DNA from: Phycisphaeraceae bacterium
GTDB lineage: Bacteria > Planctomycetota > Phycisphaerae > Phycisphaerales > Phycisphaeraceae
Direction of reading: 5' to 3'
Assembly (NCBI GenBank): GCA_963674705.1
Contig: OY771506.1
Coordinates: 3,264,001 to 3,328,000 of the forward strand
DNA length: 64,000 nt
This document shows, in pieces, positions 18,982 through 28,806 of this stretch (positions within the stretch are counted from its first letter, which is position 1; every line of letters begins with the position of its first letter). A model generated the notes under the pieces. The model saw only the letters and a list, made by a program, of their open reading frames with translations, was not told the DNA's origin and searched no databases. The position numbers and the translations under genes are program-made.

Positions 18982-20124
18982 ATGCGACAGAATGCAAAGA
19001 CAGATCAGGGACGGCCGTGCCGTTGGCTCGGTGGGCTGGTATTGCTGGTGATGCTGGTGATTACGCTGCCGGCTGCCGCGCAGCAGCGATATGAGCTGGA
19101 GGATGATAGCTGGGTTCGTCAGCAGCCACCGCCGGCCGGTTCTGCTGAGGCCGAGTTGCAAGCGATCCGCAAGCTCATCGCTCAGGGCAAGGGTAAGGAA
19201 GCCAAGCACCAGGCTGATGACTGGATCGAAGCCAATCCCGACCACCAGCTGATGCCCGAGGCCTTGCTCATCCGTGGTGACGCCAACGTCGCTCGCGAGC
19301 ACTTTTTCAAGTCGCTGTTCGATTACGAAAAACTCATCCGCGAGTACCCCGGCTCGGAGCAGTTCCACACCGCGTTACAGCGGGAATTCGAGCTTGCCAA
19401 GCTTTTCATGGCCGGGACCAAACGTCGGTTGTGGGGCATGCGGATACTGCCCGCCAAAGACGAGGCCGAGGAAATCCTCGTCCGCATCCAGGAACGCCTG
19501 CCCGGTAGCGAGTTAGGCGAAGATGCAAGCATCACCCTCGCGGACTACTACTTCGACAAGCCGCAGATGGATAGCGCCGCCGACGCCTACGACCTTTTCC
19601 TGGTCAACTATCCCAACAGCTCGCGTAAAGAGTGGGCGATGCTCCGGCTGATCCAGGCCAACCTCGCCCGCTTCAAAGGCCCACGCTTCGACGCCACCGG
19701 GCTCATCGAAGCCGGTCAACGCCTCAAGACCTACCGCGTCGAGTATCCCGCCGCCGCCGAACGTATCGGCGTTGATGCGCTATTGATCCGCATCGATGAA
19801 TCTCTGGCGATGCGTGACATGGTCGCCGCCGACTGGCACGTCAAACGCAAGCAACCGCTCAGCGCGATCTATCTCTATCGCCGGGTCATTCAGGACTTCC
19901 CGCAGACCGCCGCCGCCCAGGACGCCATCAAGAAGCTGGCCGACCTCGGCGCCGAACCCATGGCCGTGTCTGCGCCTTCCGATGAAAGCAAGATCACCAT
20001 CGAGCTTGAGCCGCAAGCCGATCCCAGGCAGATGCAAGAGCCCCAGCCGATCACCAATCCCGAAACCTTCCCCGGCCCGACGCCCGCCGGGGTGCCCCGT
20101 CCGACCGAGTCCCTGCCGGAGTAG
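18982..20124 (+). CDS. bamD: BamD-like TPR outer-membrane assembly protein
   Basis: TPR helices with YPGS, YPNS and FPQT turns, PRFDATGL; signal peptide ending AAA; adjacent to lptE. Start uncertain (18961 or 18982). Confidence 0.7.
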   Translation: MRQNAKTDQGRPCRWLGGLVLLVMLVITLPAAAQQRYELEDDSWVRQQPPPAGSAEAELQAIRKLIAQGKGKEAKHQADDWIEANPDHQLMPEALLIRGDANVAREHFFKSLFDYEKLIREYPGSEQFHTALQREFELAKLFMAGTKRRLWGMRILPAKDEAEEILVRIQERLPGSELGEDASITLADYYFDKPQMDSAADAYDLFLVNYPNSSRKEWAMLRLIQANLARFKGPRFDATGLIEAGQRLKTYRVEYPAAAERIGVDALLIRIDESLAMRDMVAADWHVKRKQPLSAIYLYRRVIQDFPQTAAAQDAIKKLADLGAEPMAVSAPSDESKITIELEPQADPRQMQEPQPITNPETFPGPTPAGVPRPTESLPE

Positions 20125-20129
20125 CCCTA

Positions 20130-20657
20130 ATGGTTTATTTTCTGAAGTGCATGACAATCGGTCGGCTCTGCGGCCTGCTGCTCATCCTCATGGTCGGCTG
20201 CCTCTCGGGCTGTGGCTACAGCAGCAAGGAACTGTTCCCCGAGCAGTACAACACCGTCGCGGTGCCCATATTTGAGAACCGCACGTTCTACCGCGGGATG
20301 GAGTTTGAACTGGCCGAGGCCATGGTCAAGCAGATCGAATCACGAACCCCATACAAGGTTGTCTCCCCCGGCACCGCTCAGACGATCCTCGAAGGCACGA
20401 TCACCGACGTCCAACAGGTACAACTGAGCCGGCGTCGGCCAGGCGGCGTGCCCCAGGAAGTCGAACTCACCGTCACCATCGACTTCGTCTGGAAAGACCT
20501 GACCACGGGTGAACTGATCACGGATCGGCGGGGATTCGCCGCGGTCGGCCGACACATACCGACAGCCGGCATCAACGAGCCGTTTGAGGTCGCTCAGCAC
20601 GCCGCTCTGCAACGCATGGCCGAGGACGTCGTCTCTACCATGCGATCGGACTGGTAA
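20130..20657 (+). CDS. lptE: LptE-family lipoprotein
   Basis: Lipobox LSG-C-GY, TVAVPIFENRT, L.GTI motifs. Confidence 0.8.
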   Translation: MVYFLKCMTIGRLCGLLLILMVGCLSGCGYSSKELFPEQYNTVAVPIFENRTFYRGMEFELAEAMVKQIESRTPYKVVSPGTAQTILEGTITDVQQVQLSRRRPGGVPQEVELTVTIDFVWKDLTTGELITDRRGFAAVGRHIPTAGINEPFEVAQHAALQRMAEDVVSTMRSDW

Positions 20658-20887
20658 ATCAGCGGATAATCCGATCCCTGAGAGGGATGATCGATCCAAC
20701 GGCCGGTAAACAGGCCTGTGTTGTATTTTTTATACTTTCCGGATAGTTATCCGGGCCTAAATCGGTGTCGGTGAGTCGAATAGCCGATACAAAACAGGCA
20801 CTGGGCGGATACCCGGCCTACAATACCACCGCCCAGACGCGACCGGTTCGTGCGGACCGGCGGCTTCCCGGAATATGTGAGAGACGC

Positions 20888-22936
20888 ATGCCCGATCCCA
20901 AGAACTCCGATCCCAGTGGACCCAAACGCGATAACGGCCCCGGCGGCAACGGTCAGCCACCACACGGCCCGCGCAATCCCGGCCCGTTCTCACGCAGCAT
21001 GATCAGTTGGATGCTCATCGCGGGTGTGGCGATCGCGCTGTTCCTCATGTTCAGCTCACAGCAGAACCGCCCGTCGATGAAAACCTGGCATGAGTTCAAG
21101 GATTACATCGCGCAGGATGCGTTCGACGGCGCTGTCACCGTAGAGACCACGCAGATCGTCGGCGAGCTGAAAGAAGAATTCAGAGGCACATTGGCCGAGG
21201 GCGCCCCGAACAACCGCGTCGCCTTCGCCATCGACGGACGCAGCGAAAGCCTCTTCATTGCCGAACTCGACCGACTCGGCCAGAAGTTCGAGATCAATAC
21301 AGATAGCGGCCTGTTGGTTCAGTTCCTCATGAGCTGGGGCCCGTTCTTCCTGATCGCGTTCCTGATCTACTTCTTCGTCTTCCGCTCCCTGCGTAACGCC
21401 GGCGGCGGTCCCGGCATGCTCGGTAGCTTCGGCCGATCCAAGCACAAACTCGTCAACAAGGAACACTCCACCGTCACGCTCCAGGACGTCGCGGGTATCG
21501 AAGAAGCCAAGGACGAGATCGGTGAGATCATCGAATTCCTCAAGAACCCCAAGAAGTTCCAACGCCTCGGCGGGCGCGTCCCGCGCGGCGTGCTGCTGAT
21601 CGGTTCACCCGGCTGTGGCAAGACGCTGCTCGCTAAGGCTGTCGCCGGCGAAGCGGACGTGCCGTTCTTCTCCATCAGTGGTTCGGACTTCGTCGAGATG
21701 TTCGTCGGCGTTGGTGCGTCGCGCGTCCGTGACCTGTTCAAGCAGGCCAAGGACTCCTCACCATGCATCATCTTCCTGGATGAAATCGACGCCGTCGGCC
21801 GCCGACGTGGTAACGGCTACTCCTCCGGTGGACACGATGAACGCGAACAAACCCTCAACGCCATCCTCGTCGAGATGGACGGCTTCGAGTCGAACGACCA
21901 GGTCATCGTCATGGCCGCGACCAACCGCTCCGACGTGCTGGACCCGGCACTGACGCGCCCCGGCCGATTCGACCGCCAGATCACCGTCCCGCTGCCCGAC
22001 GTTAAGGGCCGTGTCGAGATCCTCAAGGTCCACAGCCGCAAGATCAAGATGAGCCCGGATGTCGACCTCGAGAAGCTCGCCCGTGGCACGCCGATGTTCT
22101 CCGGCGCAGACCTCGCCGCGATCATCAACGAAGCCGCCATCGCCGCCACGCTGCTTAATAAAGACTTCGTCGAGCAGGACGATCTGGAAGAAGCACGCGA
22201 CAAGGTCAAGTGGGGCCGGGCCCGCAAGAGCCACCGTGTCGAGGAAGAGGAAAAGGTCGCAACCGCCTGGCACGAAGCGGGCCATGCCGTGGTGCAGTAC
22301 CTGCTGCCGCACGCCGACCCGCTGCACAAGGTCACGATCATCCCGCGCGGCCAGTCGATGGGCGCAACCATCGGCCTGCCCGAAAAAGATCGACACAACT
22401 ACACGCGCAAGTACATCCACGACACCATGCGTGTGCTCTGCGCAGGACGCATCGCCGAAGAACGCAAGACCGACGACGTCTCCAGCGGCGCAGCGATGGA
22501 TATCCGCATGGCCACCAGCATGGCCCGCCACATGATCCTGCAGTGGGGCATGAGCGAACGCCTCGGCTTCATCGACTTCAGCCCGCAGGACGACGGGACA
22601 TACTTCCCCGAGAAGTCCTACTCGCCTGATACCGCTCGCATCATCGATGAGGAAATCAAATCACTCACCGACGATGCCTACAAAGACACCGAACGCATCA
22701 TCGCCGAAAACTGGCAGAAGGTATGCGACCTCGGCGAAGCGCTTTTGAAGTATGAAACGCTGAACAAGGACGAGGTCGGCAAGATCATGAGCGGTGAAAA
22801 ACTCACCAAGGCCACCGTCAGCGAACTGCTCCAGGCGGAAAAAGAAAAATCTGAATCCGCCGGCGAAAAGCCGAAAAAAGAGCCCAAGCCCGACCTCGAT
22901 GAGGGCCCCTCCGGCGTCATGCCAAGCCCGGCATAA
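20888..22936 (+). CDS. ftsH: ATP-dependent zinc metalloprotease FtsH
   Basis: Two TM helices, Walker A GSPGCGKT, Walker [24 protein letters not shown]; start set at ATG 20888. Confidence 0.97.
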   Translation: MPDPKNSDPSGPKRDNGPGGNGQPPHGPRNPGPFSRSMISWMLIAGVAIALFLMFSSQQNRPSMKTWHEFKDYIAQDAFDGAVTVETTQIVGELKEEFRGTLAEGAPNNRVAFAIDGRSESLFIAELDRLGQKFEINTDSGLLVQFLMSWGPFFLIAFLIYFFVFRSLRNAGGGPGMLGSFGRSKHKLVNKEHSTVTLQDVAGIEEAKDEIGEIIEFLKNPKKFQRLGGRVPRGVLLIGSPGCGKTLLAKAVAGEADVPFFSISGSDFVEMFVGVGASRVRDLFKQAKDSSPCIIFLDEIDAVGRRRGNGYSSGGHDEREQTLNAILVEMDGFESNDQVIVMAATNRSDVLDPALTRPGRFDRQITVPLPDVKGRVEILKVHSRKIKMSPDVDLEKLARGTPMFSGADLAAIINEAAIAATLLNKDFVEQDDLEEARDKVKWGRARKSHRVEEEEKVATAWHEAGHAVVQYLLPHADPLHKVTIIPRGQSMGATIGLPEKDRHNYTRKYIHDTMRVLCAGRIAEERKTDDVSSGAAMDIRMATSMARHMILQWGMSERLGFIDFSPQDDGTYFPEKSYSPDTARIIDEEIKSLTDDAYKDTERIIAENWQKVCDLGEALLKYETLNKDEVGKIMSGEKLTKATVSELLQAEKEKSESAGEKPKKEPKPDLDEGPSGVMPSPA

Positions 22937-22963
22937 ATTCCGCCATACACTTTCAACAACCCC

Positions 22964-22991
22964 AAGCCCATGCAAACGCATGGGCTTTTTT
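22964..22991 (+). terminator. Intrinsic terminator after ftsH
   Basis: AAGCCCATGC-AAAC-GCATGGGCTT plus T run. Confidence 0.85.
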
Positions 22992-23044
22992 CTTTGGCAT
23001 AATCTGCCTGATACAACATGTGTTTTCACTGACCTCAGCATTCT

Positions 23045-23123
23045 CCGTCATCCTCGCGCAGGCGGGGATCCATGTCTTTGGAATCATTGATCGCGTAGAT
23101 TCCCGGTTGCACGGGAATGACGG
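23045..23123. repeat. Palindromic REP-like element (family R2, GTCAT..CGCGCAGGCGGGGA...ATGAC)
   Basis: Inverted ends CCGTCAT/ATGACGG; related copy at 53871-53947. Confidence 0.75.
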
Positions 23124-23180
23124 CCACAAAGAACGCAAAACGTGCAGCCATCCGCTATATTGCAGCCGGAAAGGTTACGT

Positions 23181-24104
23181 ATGGAAGATGAAACCTACGA
23201 CCTGATTGATGAGCCGCAGGAAGAGTTGCTTCCTGCGCCCCAAGCCGACGAAGGTCCGATCGATCACGACCTGCCGTGTCGGCATTGCGGCTACAACCTC
23301 CGGGGCATGACCGCCGACAAGCAATGCCCGGAGTGCGGCACGAACGTGGGCCTGTCGCTGCTCGGCGATCAACTACGCTACAGCGACCCGGCCTGGGTGC
23401 GATCACTCGCCCGTGGCATGACCTGGATACTCTGGAGCATGGTGATAAGCCTCACGTTTGCCGTAATGAGTTTGGCTGTCCCCTTCGTGTTTTTTACGCA
23501 TCAGCCCGGCCCACCGGCGTATCTTGAACCGTTGCTTCAGGTCATCGGGCTGATACCACAAGCCTTGTTTCTTGTGGGGATCTGGTTCTTGACCATGCCC
23601 GAGCCCGGCGTGATCGAAAAATCGGACTGGTCCTTACGCAACGTTGTCCGATGGACGGTGATCTTTTCCGCTGTTTTCGCGATGATCAACGCCGGCTTCT
23701 CGATGACATCAGAGCTAGGCTCTGCCGTCGCCGGCCTGCTGGGCGGGATACTGGGGCTTGTGGCTTACATCACCCTGTTTGTCTTCGCCCGACGTCTGGC
23801 GTTACGCGTTCCCGACTATGACCTCGCCAAGCAAACCCGCATTGTCATGTGGGGCTTCATCGCCTGTCTTATCGGCTTCGTCCTTGCCGGCATACTCGCC
23901 GTCGCATTGGCAATCGCAAGTGCGGGAGCGGGATTCGCCGTCGCGCTGATCCCGGTCTGCCTGGTGTTTGTCGCCTACCTCGTCTTTGTCGTCTGGACCC
24001 TGATCCTCGTCATCCGCTACCGCCGCGTCTTCTACGACGCCACCGAAGACGCCGAAAACACATGGTCAAGCGGCGCAACTTTAAACCCGACAACCTTCAC
24101 CTGA
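23181..24104 (+). CDS. Zinc-ribbon plus polytopic membrane protein, array member 1
   Basis: DHDLPCRHCGYNLRG...CPECG followed by about six hydrophobic helices; start at ATG 23181. Confidence 0.85.
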   Translation: MEDETYDLIDEPQEELLPAPQADEGPIDHDLPCRHCGYNLRGMTADKQCPECGTNVGLSLLGDQLRYSDPAWVRSLARGMTWILWSMVISLTFAVMSLAVPFVFFTHQPGPPAYLEPLLQVIGLIPQALFLVGIWFLTMPEPGVIEKSDWSLRNVVRWTVIFSAVFAMINAGFSMTSELGSAVAGLLGGILGLVAYITLFVFARRLALRVPDYDLAKQTRIVMWGFIACLIGFVLAGILAVALAIASAGAGFAVALIPVCLVFVAYLVFVVWTLILVIRYRRVFYDATEDAENTWSSGATLNPTTFT

Positions 24105-24141
24105 TCCCACGCGGCACATCCCTCGCTGAAGGTCCCCCCGA

Positions 24142-24192
24142 CGCGCTCGGCCCGGCTCTCCCGACCCCACCGCAAGACTGACCGAAGGTCTC
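24142..24192 (+). repeat. REP-like element (family R3)
   Basis: CGCGCTCGGCCCGGCTCTCCCGACCCC...GACCGAAGGTCTC; homologous to 26428-26479 and to 36891-36943 (minus). Confidence 0.75.
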
Positions 24193-24310
24193 TACGACTA
24201 TCACCCCCCGCACCCACATAAATAGCCCCACGCGGAAGTGTCGGATTACCAACCACCCCTTCGGGGTACCAACTCGCGCCAAGCTTCGTCATTCATGTCA
24301 TAATCCACCC

Positions 24311-25240
24311 ATGGACAACCCTCCGGCGGACATACCAACTCCTGAAGAAAACGTAAACGATGATCTGGTGTTGGACCAATCACAAGTAATCGATCACGAC
24401 CTGCCTTGCCGACAATGTGGCTACAACCTCCGGGGTATGGCTGCTGACAAACTCTGCCCAGAGTGCGGCACAGAAGTGGGGCGGTCGCTACTTGGTGATC
24501 AACTTCGCTACAGCGAACCTCGCTGGGTCCGCAAACTTGCGCGCGGGCTGCGTTGGATATTCATCAGCGTGATCATGCTTTTGCTGATGATTGCCTCGGG
24601 CATGTTGATGCTGCCGATCATGATCTTTTTAGGCGATCAATTCGGTCTGATACCTTTCTTTATGGCAGCACTCGGTTTACTCATGTTTGTTTGCCCCGTT
24701 TGTTATCTGCTGGGTGTCTGGTTCCTCACATCCAGGGAACCACTCGTGATCGAGCCTTCTGAATTGAACGTACGCAGCATCCTGCGTTGGTCGGTCGTAC
24801 TGGCTGTCCTGACCGGTTTTATCAATACGATGTTGCTTGGCTCGGTATCCATCACGTCGGGTATTTTCAGTTACGTACCCCTTGTCATGCATGTGGTCGG
24901 TGCGATCTTGCTGTTCATCTACACACGCCGACTGGCCCTGCGCGCGCCGGATTATGAACTGGCCAGCCAGACCCGCAACGTCATGTGGGGATTAACCGTG
25001 ACCTTCGTCGGCATCGTCGGCTTCCAGATGCTCGAAACAGTATTGAGCGGTCCGACTACTTCCAACAACATCGTGATGTGGTTGAGCATCCCCGTGTGTA
25101 TGTTGACCATAGGGCTACTGGTGTTTGTGATCAGGACGTTTTTCTTACTGAACTACTACCGACGCGTATTCAATCAAACCATCACGGATGCCGAACAAAC
25201 ATGGGCTGGCGAAACACCTTTACCTCCCGCATCCGATTGA
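24311..25240 (+). CDS. Zinc-ribbon plus polytopic membrane protein, array member 2
   Basis: DHDLPCRQCGYNLRG...CPECG, RLALRAPDYELA shared with member 1. Confidence 0.85.
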   Translation: MDNPPADIPTPEENVNDDLVLDQSQVIDHDLPCRQCGYNLRGMAADKLCPECGTEVGRSLLGDQLRYSEPRWVRKLARGLRWIFISVIMLLLMIASGMLMLPIMIFLGDQFGLIPFFMAALGLLMFVCPVCYLLGVWFLTSREPLVIEPSELNVRSILRWSVVLAVLTGFINTMLLGSVSITSGIFSYVPLVMHVVGAILLFIYTRRLALRAPDYELASQTRNVMWGLTVTFVGIVGFQMLETVLSGPTTSNNIVMWLSIPVCMLTIGLLVFVIRTFFLLNYYRRVFNQTITDAEQTWAGETPLPPASD

Positions 25241-25291
25241 TCCAAAGCCCGCCCAAGCGACAAACCAACCCCGATCGCGCATAATCCACCC

Positions 25292-26209
25292 ATGGACAAC
25301 CCTCCGGCGGACACTACGATACCTGACGATGGTATAAGCGATGATGTGGTGTCCCAGTCACAAACGAACAACCACGACCTGCCCTGTCTGCATTGTGGCT
25401 ACAACCTGCGGGGCATGACCGCTGACAAGCAATGCCCGGAGTGCGGCGAAGAAGTGGGACGGTCGCTGCGGGGCGATCAACTACACTTCAGCGACCTTCA
25501 CTGGGTCCGCAGGCTTTCGCTGGGTGTCAACCTGATCGCATGGGGTGCAAACACATCTGCCGCGACGTTGTTATTAAGTATCCTTTTAATGAGTGATCTT
25601 GCCAGCAGGCAGTTCATTGACCCGCAGAGTTTGCTTCCGCTGATGCATGTACTGTTACTGCTGGCTGGTTCATCCTTCACTATCGGCGTCTGGCTTATGA
25701 CCACGCCCGAGTCCGGCGTGTTGGAAGCCTCAGCCTGGACGCCAAGAAATATATCACGATGGGCTGTGATGTTTGCCGCTGTGATCTGCTTCTTAAGTGT
25801 GAGTCTTTATCAAGCGCTCTCTGTTTATTCAAATGTTCTGGTCTTTATTGGAATAAATGTCAGCTTCGTGGGCATCATCTTCTTGATGATTTATGCCTAT
25901 TCATTGTCGGTACGTATGCCAAACCATGAGTTAGCTGTACCAACCCGGATCGTCACTTGGGGCTACGGTGTTTTTATTCTTATTTTTGACCTGATAGTCA
26001 TTTTACCCGTCCTCATGCAAAACAGCCTATCCAGAGGCAAACCCGACTGGATTATGATCTTTGCATGTCCTCTATTCATTGCTTTTATTGTGCTGCTGAT
26101 ATGGTCTATGATTCTGACGATCCAATACTACTACGCTTTCCGCAAGGCCGTCGAAACTGCTGAACTCATACGGGCCACTCAATCGCCTCAATCTCATGAA
26201 GCAGGCTGA
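25292..26209 (+). CDS. Zinc-ribbon plus polytopic membrane protein, array member 3
   Basis: NHDLPCLHCGYNLRG...CPECG; 34 bp around the start codon identical to member 2. Confidence 0.85.
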   Translation: MDNPPADTTIPDDGISDDVVSQSQTNNHDLPCLHCGYNLRGMTADKQCPECGEEVGRSLRGDQLHFSDLHWVRRLSLGVNLIAWGANTSAATLLLSILLMSDLASRQFIDPQSLLPLMHVLLLLAGSSFTIGVWLMTTPESGVLEASAWTPRNISRWAVMFAAVICFLSVSLYQALSVYSNVLVFIGINVSFVGIIFLMIYAYSLSVRMPNHELAVPTRIVTWGYGVFILIFDLIVILPVLMQNSLSRGKPDWIMIFACPLFIAFIVLLIWSMILTIQYYYAFRKAVETAELIRATQSPQSHEAG

Positions 26210-26250
26210 CCAGTACACGGCAGCGCTTGACGCGTATTGGGGATTGTAAT

Positions 26251-26283
26251 AAGACATCAAATATAAGTTATATTAGATGTCTT
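26251..26283. repeat. AT-rich near-perfect palindrome, copy 1
   Basis: AAGACATCAAATATAA-G-TTATATTAGATGTCTT; second copy at 54066-54096. Confidence 0.85.
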
Positions 26284-26427
26284 TTTGCTGGGCGTGAGCC
26301 TCGCTACTGCGCATCGCTCGCTTCGGGGCTCCCGAAAAAGCGTAAAACCTGGGTGAGGGTCGCTGCCGTTTGATGTCGCATCACACATGCATCAACAGCC
26401 TCACGCGGAAGGGCGGAATGACTATCT

Positions 26428-26479
26428 CGCGCTCGGCGCGGGTCTCCCGACCCCGCCGCACAACCGACCGAAAGTCTCC
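26428..26479 (+). repeat. REP-like element (family R3)
   Basis: CGCGCTCGGCGCGGGTCTCCCGACCCCGCC...CCGACCGAAAGTCTCC. Confidence 0.75.
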
Positions 26480-26590
26480 ATGGTGTTGTGCCCGCGTCAT
26501 ATGCATCCACAAACCCCAGCAGCCCAACGCGGAAGCGTGGGGTTAACATCCGTGGTGCCGAGTAACATGAATCATGCCATAATCCCCCCC

Positions 26591-27454
26591 ATGGACCCTC
26601 ATGCGGCGGACACAACAACGCGTAACAACGAAAGGCTGAAGCCCACACGCCGCATCGACATCGACCTGCCTTGCCGTGAGTGCGGCTACAACCTGCGTGG
26701 GTTGCAATCGGTCGGCCAATGTCCCGAGTGCGGCGCGGCGATCGGCCGATCTTTGACAGATGACCGAATCGCCAACAGTTCAAAAAAGTGGTTGCGCAAT
26801 ATCCGCCTGGGACTTTTGCTGATGGCCGTTTCGTTGATCCTGCGCTTGCAGCAGGTCGCGATCTGGTTCCTCGGGTATTGGGGCTTCACATACTGGCCCG
26901 GCCGAGAATGGTACCTGCACCTGCAATGGATCGCGTTCGGCTTGGGCGCCTGGCTTGTCACAATTAGCGAGCCCGGCCGCGCAGCCATACATCGTAAAAC
27001 GCGGCGCATCACACGCATCTGCATCATCGTCGTGGCAATCACGGGTGTTGTCGAAGAATCCCGGCTACTGAACCTCGACTTTTGGCGGGCAGTTGCTTTC
27101 TTCCCTCTCAAGCACAGCTTTCTGCTCGCTGGGATCGTCGCCTTGTTATACCACCTCTATAAACTGACGCTCCGCCTCGGCCCAACCACCTTACCCAAAC
27201 AGACCAAATACCTGGGCATTGTCGGCAGCTTCCTGCTGGCGATGCTCTTGCTTAGCACGCTCTTGAACGCGATAGATTTAGGCATTCATCAGTTCTTCGG
27301 ATCGTACGACAACGCAACAACCATGTATCAGATCCATCGAACCATCTTCTTTCTGTTCTACAAACTCTACACACTCTTTCAGTTGTACCTGAGCGTGTAC
27401 TTCATCCTGATATTGTTAGCGATCCGCCGCGCAGCACGTGAGTCTACTGCTTGA
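26591..27454 (+). CDS. Zinc-ribbon plus polytopic membrane protein, array member 4
   Basis: DIDLPCRECGYNLRG...CPECG; start set at ATG 26591 because it has the same CATAAT-(C-rich)-ATGGAC context as members 2 and 3. Confidence 0.8.
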   Translation: MDPHAADTTTRNNERLKPTRRIDIDLPCRECGYNLRGLQSVGQCPECGAAIGRSLTDDRIANSSKKWLRNIRLGLLLMAVSLILRLQQVAIWFLGYWGFTYWPGREWYLHLQWIAFGLGAWLVTISEPGRAAIHRKTRRITRICIIVVAITGVVEESRLLNLDFWRAVAFFPLKHSFLLAGIVALLYHLYKLTLRLGPTTLPKQTKYLGIVGSFLLAMLLLSTLLNAIDLGIHQFFGSYDNATTMYQIHRTIFFLFYKLYTLFQLYLSVYFILILLAIRRAARESTA

Positions 27455-27538
27455 ATGTTTAATCTGTCGCCCTGCGCAGAAGCGTGAGGGGACCAAGGAT
27501 GCACATCCTGATTGCATGTATAGTGTTGCGCGAGTCTA

Positions 27539-28408
27539 ATGATGACCACTATCCGAACCAATCACGAATCATCCGGTGGCGGGGTCGTCGACAAGAACTT
27601 GCCCTGTTGGGGATGCGGCTACAACCTCCGCAGCATTGCGTACGACAAGGCCTGTCCTGAATGCGGTGCATCCGTCTCCCGATCTTTACAGGGCGATCGA
27701 CTTGTATTCAGCGACCGCAAATGGCTGCGCCGACTTGTGATCGGTACGAACTGGCTGTTGGCCTCGTCTACGATCAGTCTTTTCTTGGCGGTTCTCTGGA
27801 TCACCAGGTCCTTGTTCCGTATCGATATCGATACCTTTATAGAGAGCCTGCAGATCGCCTATCAAATCAAATGGATCATCATGCTTGTCGGTGTCTTTCT
27901 GGTGACATCATCTGAATACGGGCGTGGATCGAAACAAAGTATACTTAGGGTCTGGGCCAGATGGTTGCTGTTGGCGGCCAGTATCTTTGGCACGATCCTG
28001 TTTGTTGCACACTTCGCTTCATCGTTTGTATCACCCGCGATCACTTTGCCACTAAGCTCGTTACGTCAGATTATCCATACGTTGGGTGGCATCGCACTCA
28101 TTTTATATCTGGGGGCACTGGCCGGCAGAGCGGAATGGCCAGGCCTCGTGTTACAGACGCGACTCTTGTCTGTGGGTTATGTCATCAGTTTGTTTGTGGG
28201 GCTGCTGATCAATCTGACTCACATGCTCCTGGTTTTTGATATCATCGATCATCATAGCTTGGTATTTCAATTGGTCGGCTATGCCAGCTTTGCTTACACG
28301 TACTTTCTCTATAGCGGGATGATCATCTGGGAACTGATCTTCTTGCTTATACTGCGCCGTAGTCTGGTTGCGTTGCATAAACTCACAACAAGCAACGTTG
28401 AACATTAA
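27539..28408 (+). CDS. Zinc-ribbon plus polytopic membrane protein, array member 5
   Basis: DKNLPCWGCGYNLRS...CPECG, SL.GDRL.FSD..W, TM helices. Confidence 0.85.
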   Translation: MMTTIRTNHESSGGGVVDKNLPCWGCGYNLRSIAYDKACPECGASVSRSLQGDRLVFSDRKWLRRLVIGTNWLLASSTISLFLAVLWITRSLFRIDIDTFIESLQIAYQIKWIIMLVGVFLVTSSEYGRGSKQSILRVWARWLLLAASIFGTILFVAHFASSFVSPAITLPLSSLRQIIHTLGGIALILYLGALAGRAEWPGLVLQTRLLSVGYVISLFVGLLINLTHMLLVFDIIDHHSLVFQLVGYASFAYTYFLYSGMIIWELIFLLILRRSLVALHKLTTSNVEH

Positions 28409-28417
28409 CGTACACAT

Positions 28418-28447
28418 AAAAACAAACGCACCAACCGGTGCGCTTGT
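28418..28447 (-). terminator. Hairpin between convergent genes, probable terminator
   Basis: ACAAACGCACC-AACC-GGTGCGCTTGT preceded by an A run. Confidence 0.5.
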
Positions 28448-28480
28448 CGTGTGTTCTATGTTGTAGATAAGCGATGCAAA

Positions 28481-28726
28481 TTACGCAGCGCGCGATTCGG
28501 CAAGTGTCTCTGCCGTGCGAGGGGAAACAGGTTGTTCGACTTCAACGGAATGGTTTGTGGTTATCGGGCGCATCGCGCGTCTTCGACTGCTCTCGCCTCG
28601 CATGATTCGCCTCATCCGCCGGCCGGTGTACAGACGTACCGCCATGTACACGCCCCACAACCAGCAGCAACCAAGGTAAACACCTAACGCGTAAATCAGC
28701 AGCGTCATCATGCGAAGCACTCCCAC
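28481..28726 (-). CDS. Small hypothetical membrane protein
   Basis: 81-aa ORF with one hydrophobic helix then a basic tail; fits between the neuB-like gene and a terminator. Confidence 0.5.
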   Translation of the reverse strand: MGVLRMMTLLIYALGVYLGCCWLWGVYMAVRLYTGRRMRRIMRGESSRRRAMRPITTNHSVEVEQPVSPRTAETLAESRAA

Positions 28727-28806
28727 AACAGGCGAACGGCCGACTAGCTCTTACTGATTACTCTTCGGCCGACTCACGTTGGTTTTAATAGTTTTCGCGC
28801 TTCTAC

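Noticed and set aside
26387..26590. N-terminal extension of array member 4 in the ORF track
   Set aside because: It runs through REP-like repeats; the conserved promoter-ATG context points to 26591.
23181..28408. Diversity-generating retroelement as the cause of array variation
   Set aside because: No reverse transcriptase in the window and no template/variable repeat pair differing only at adenines; divergence spans whole TM domains.
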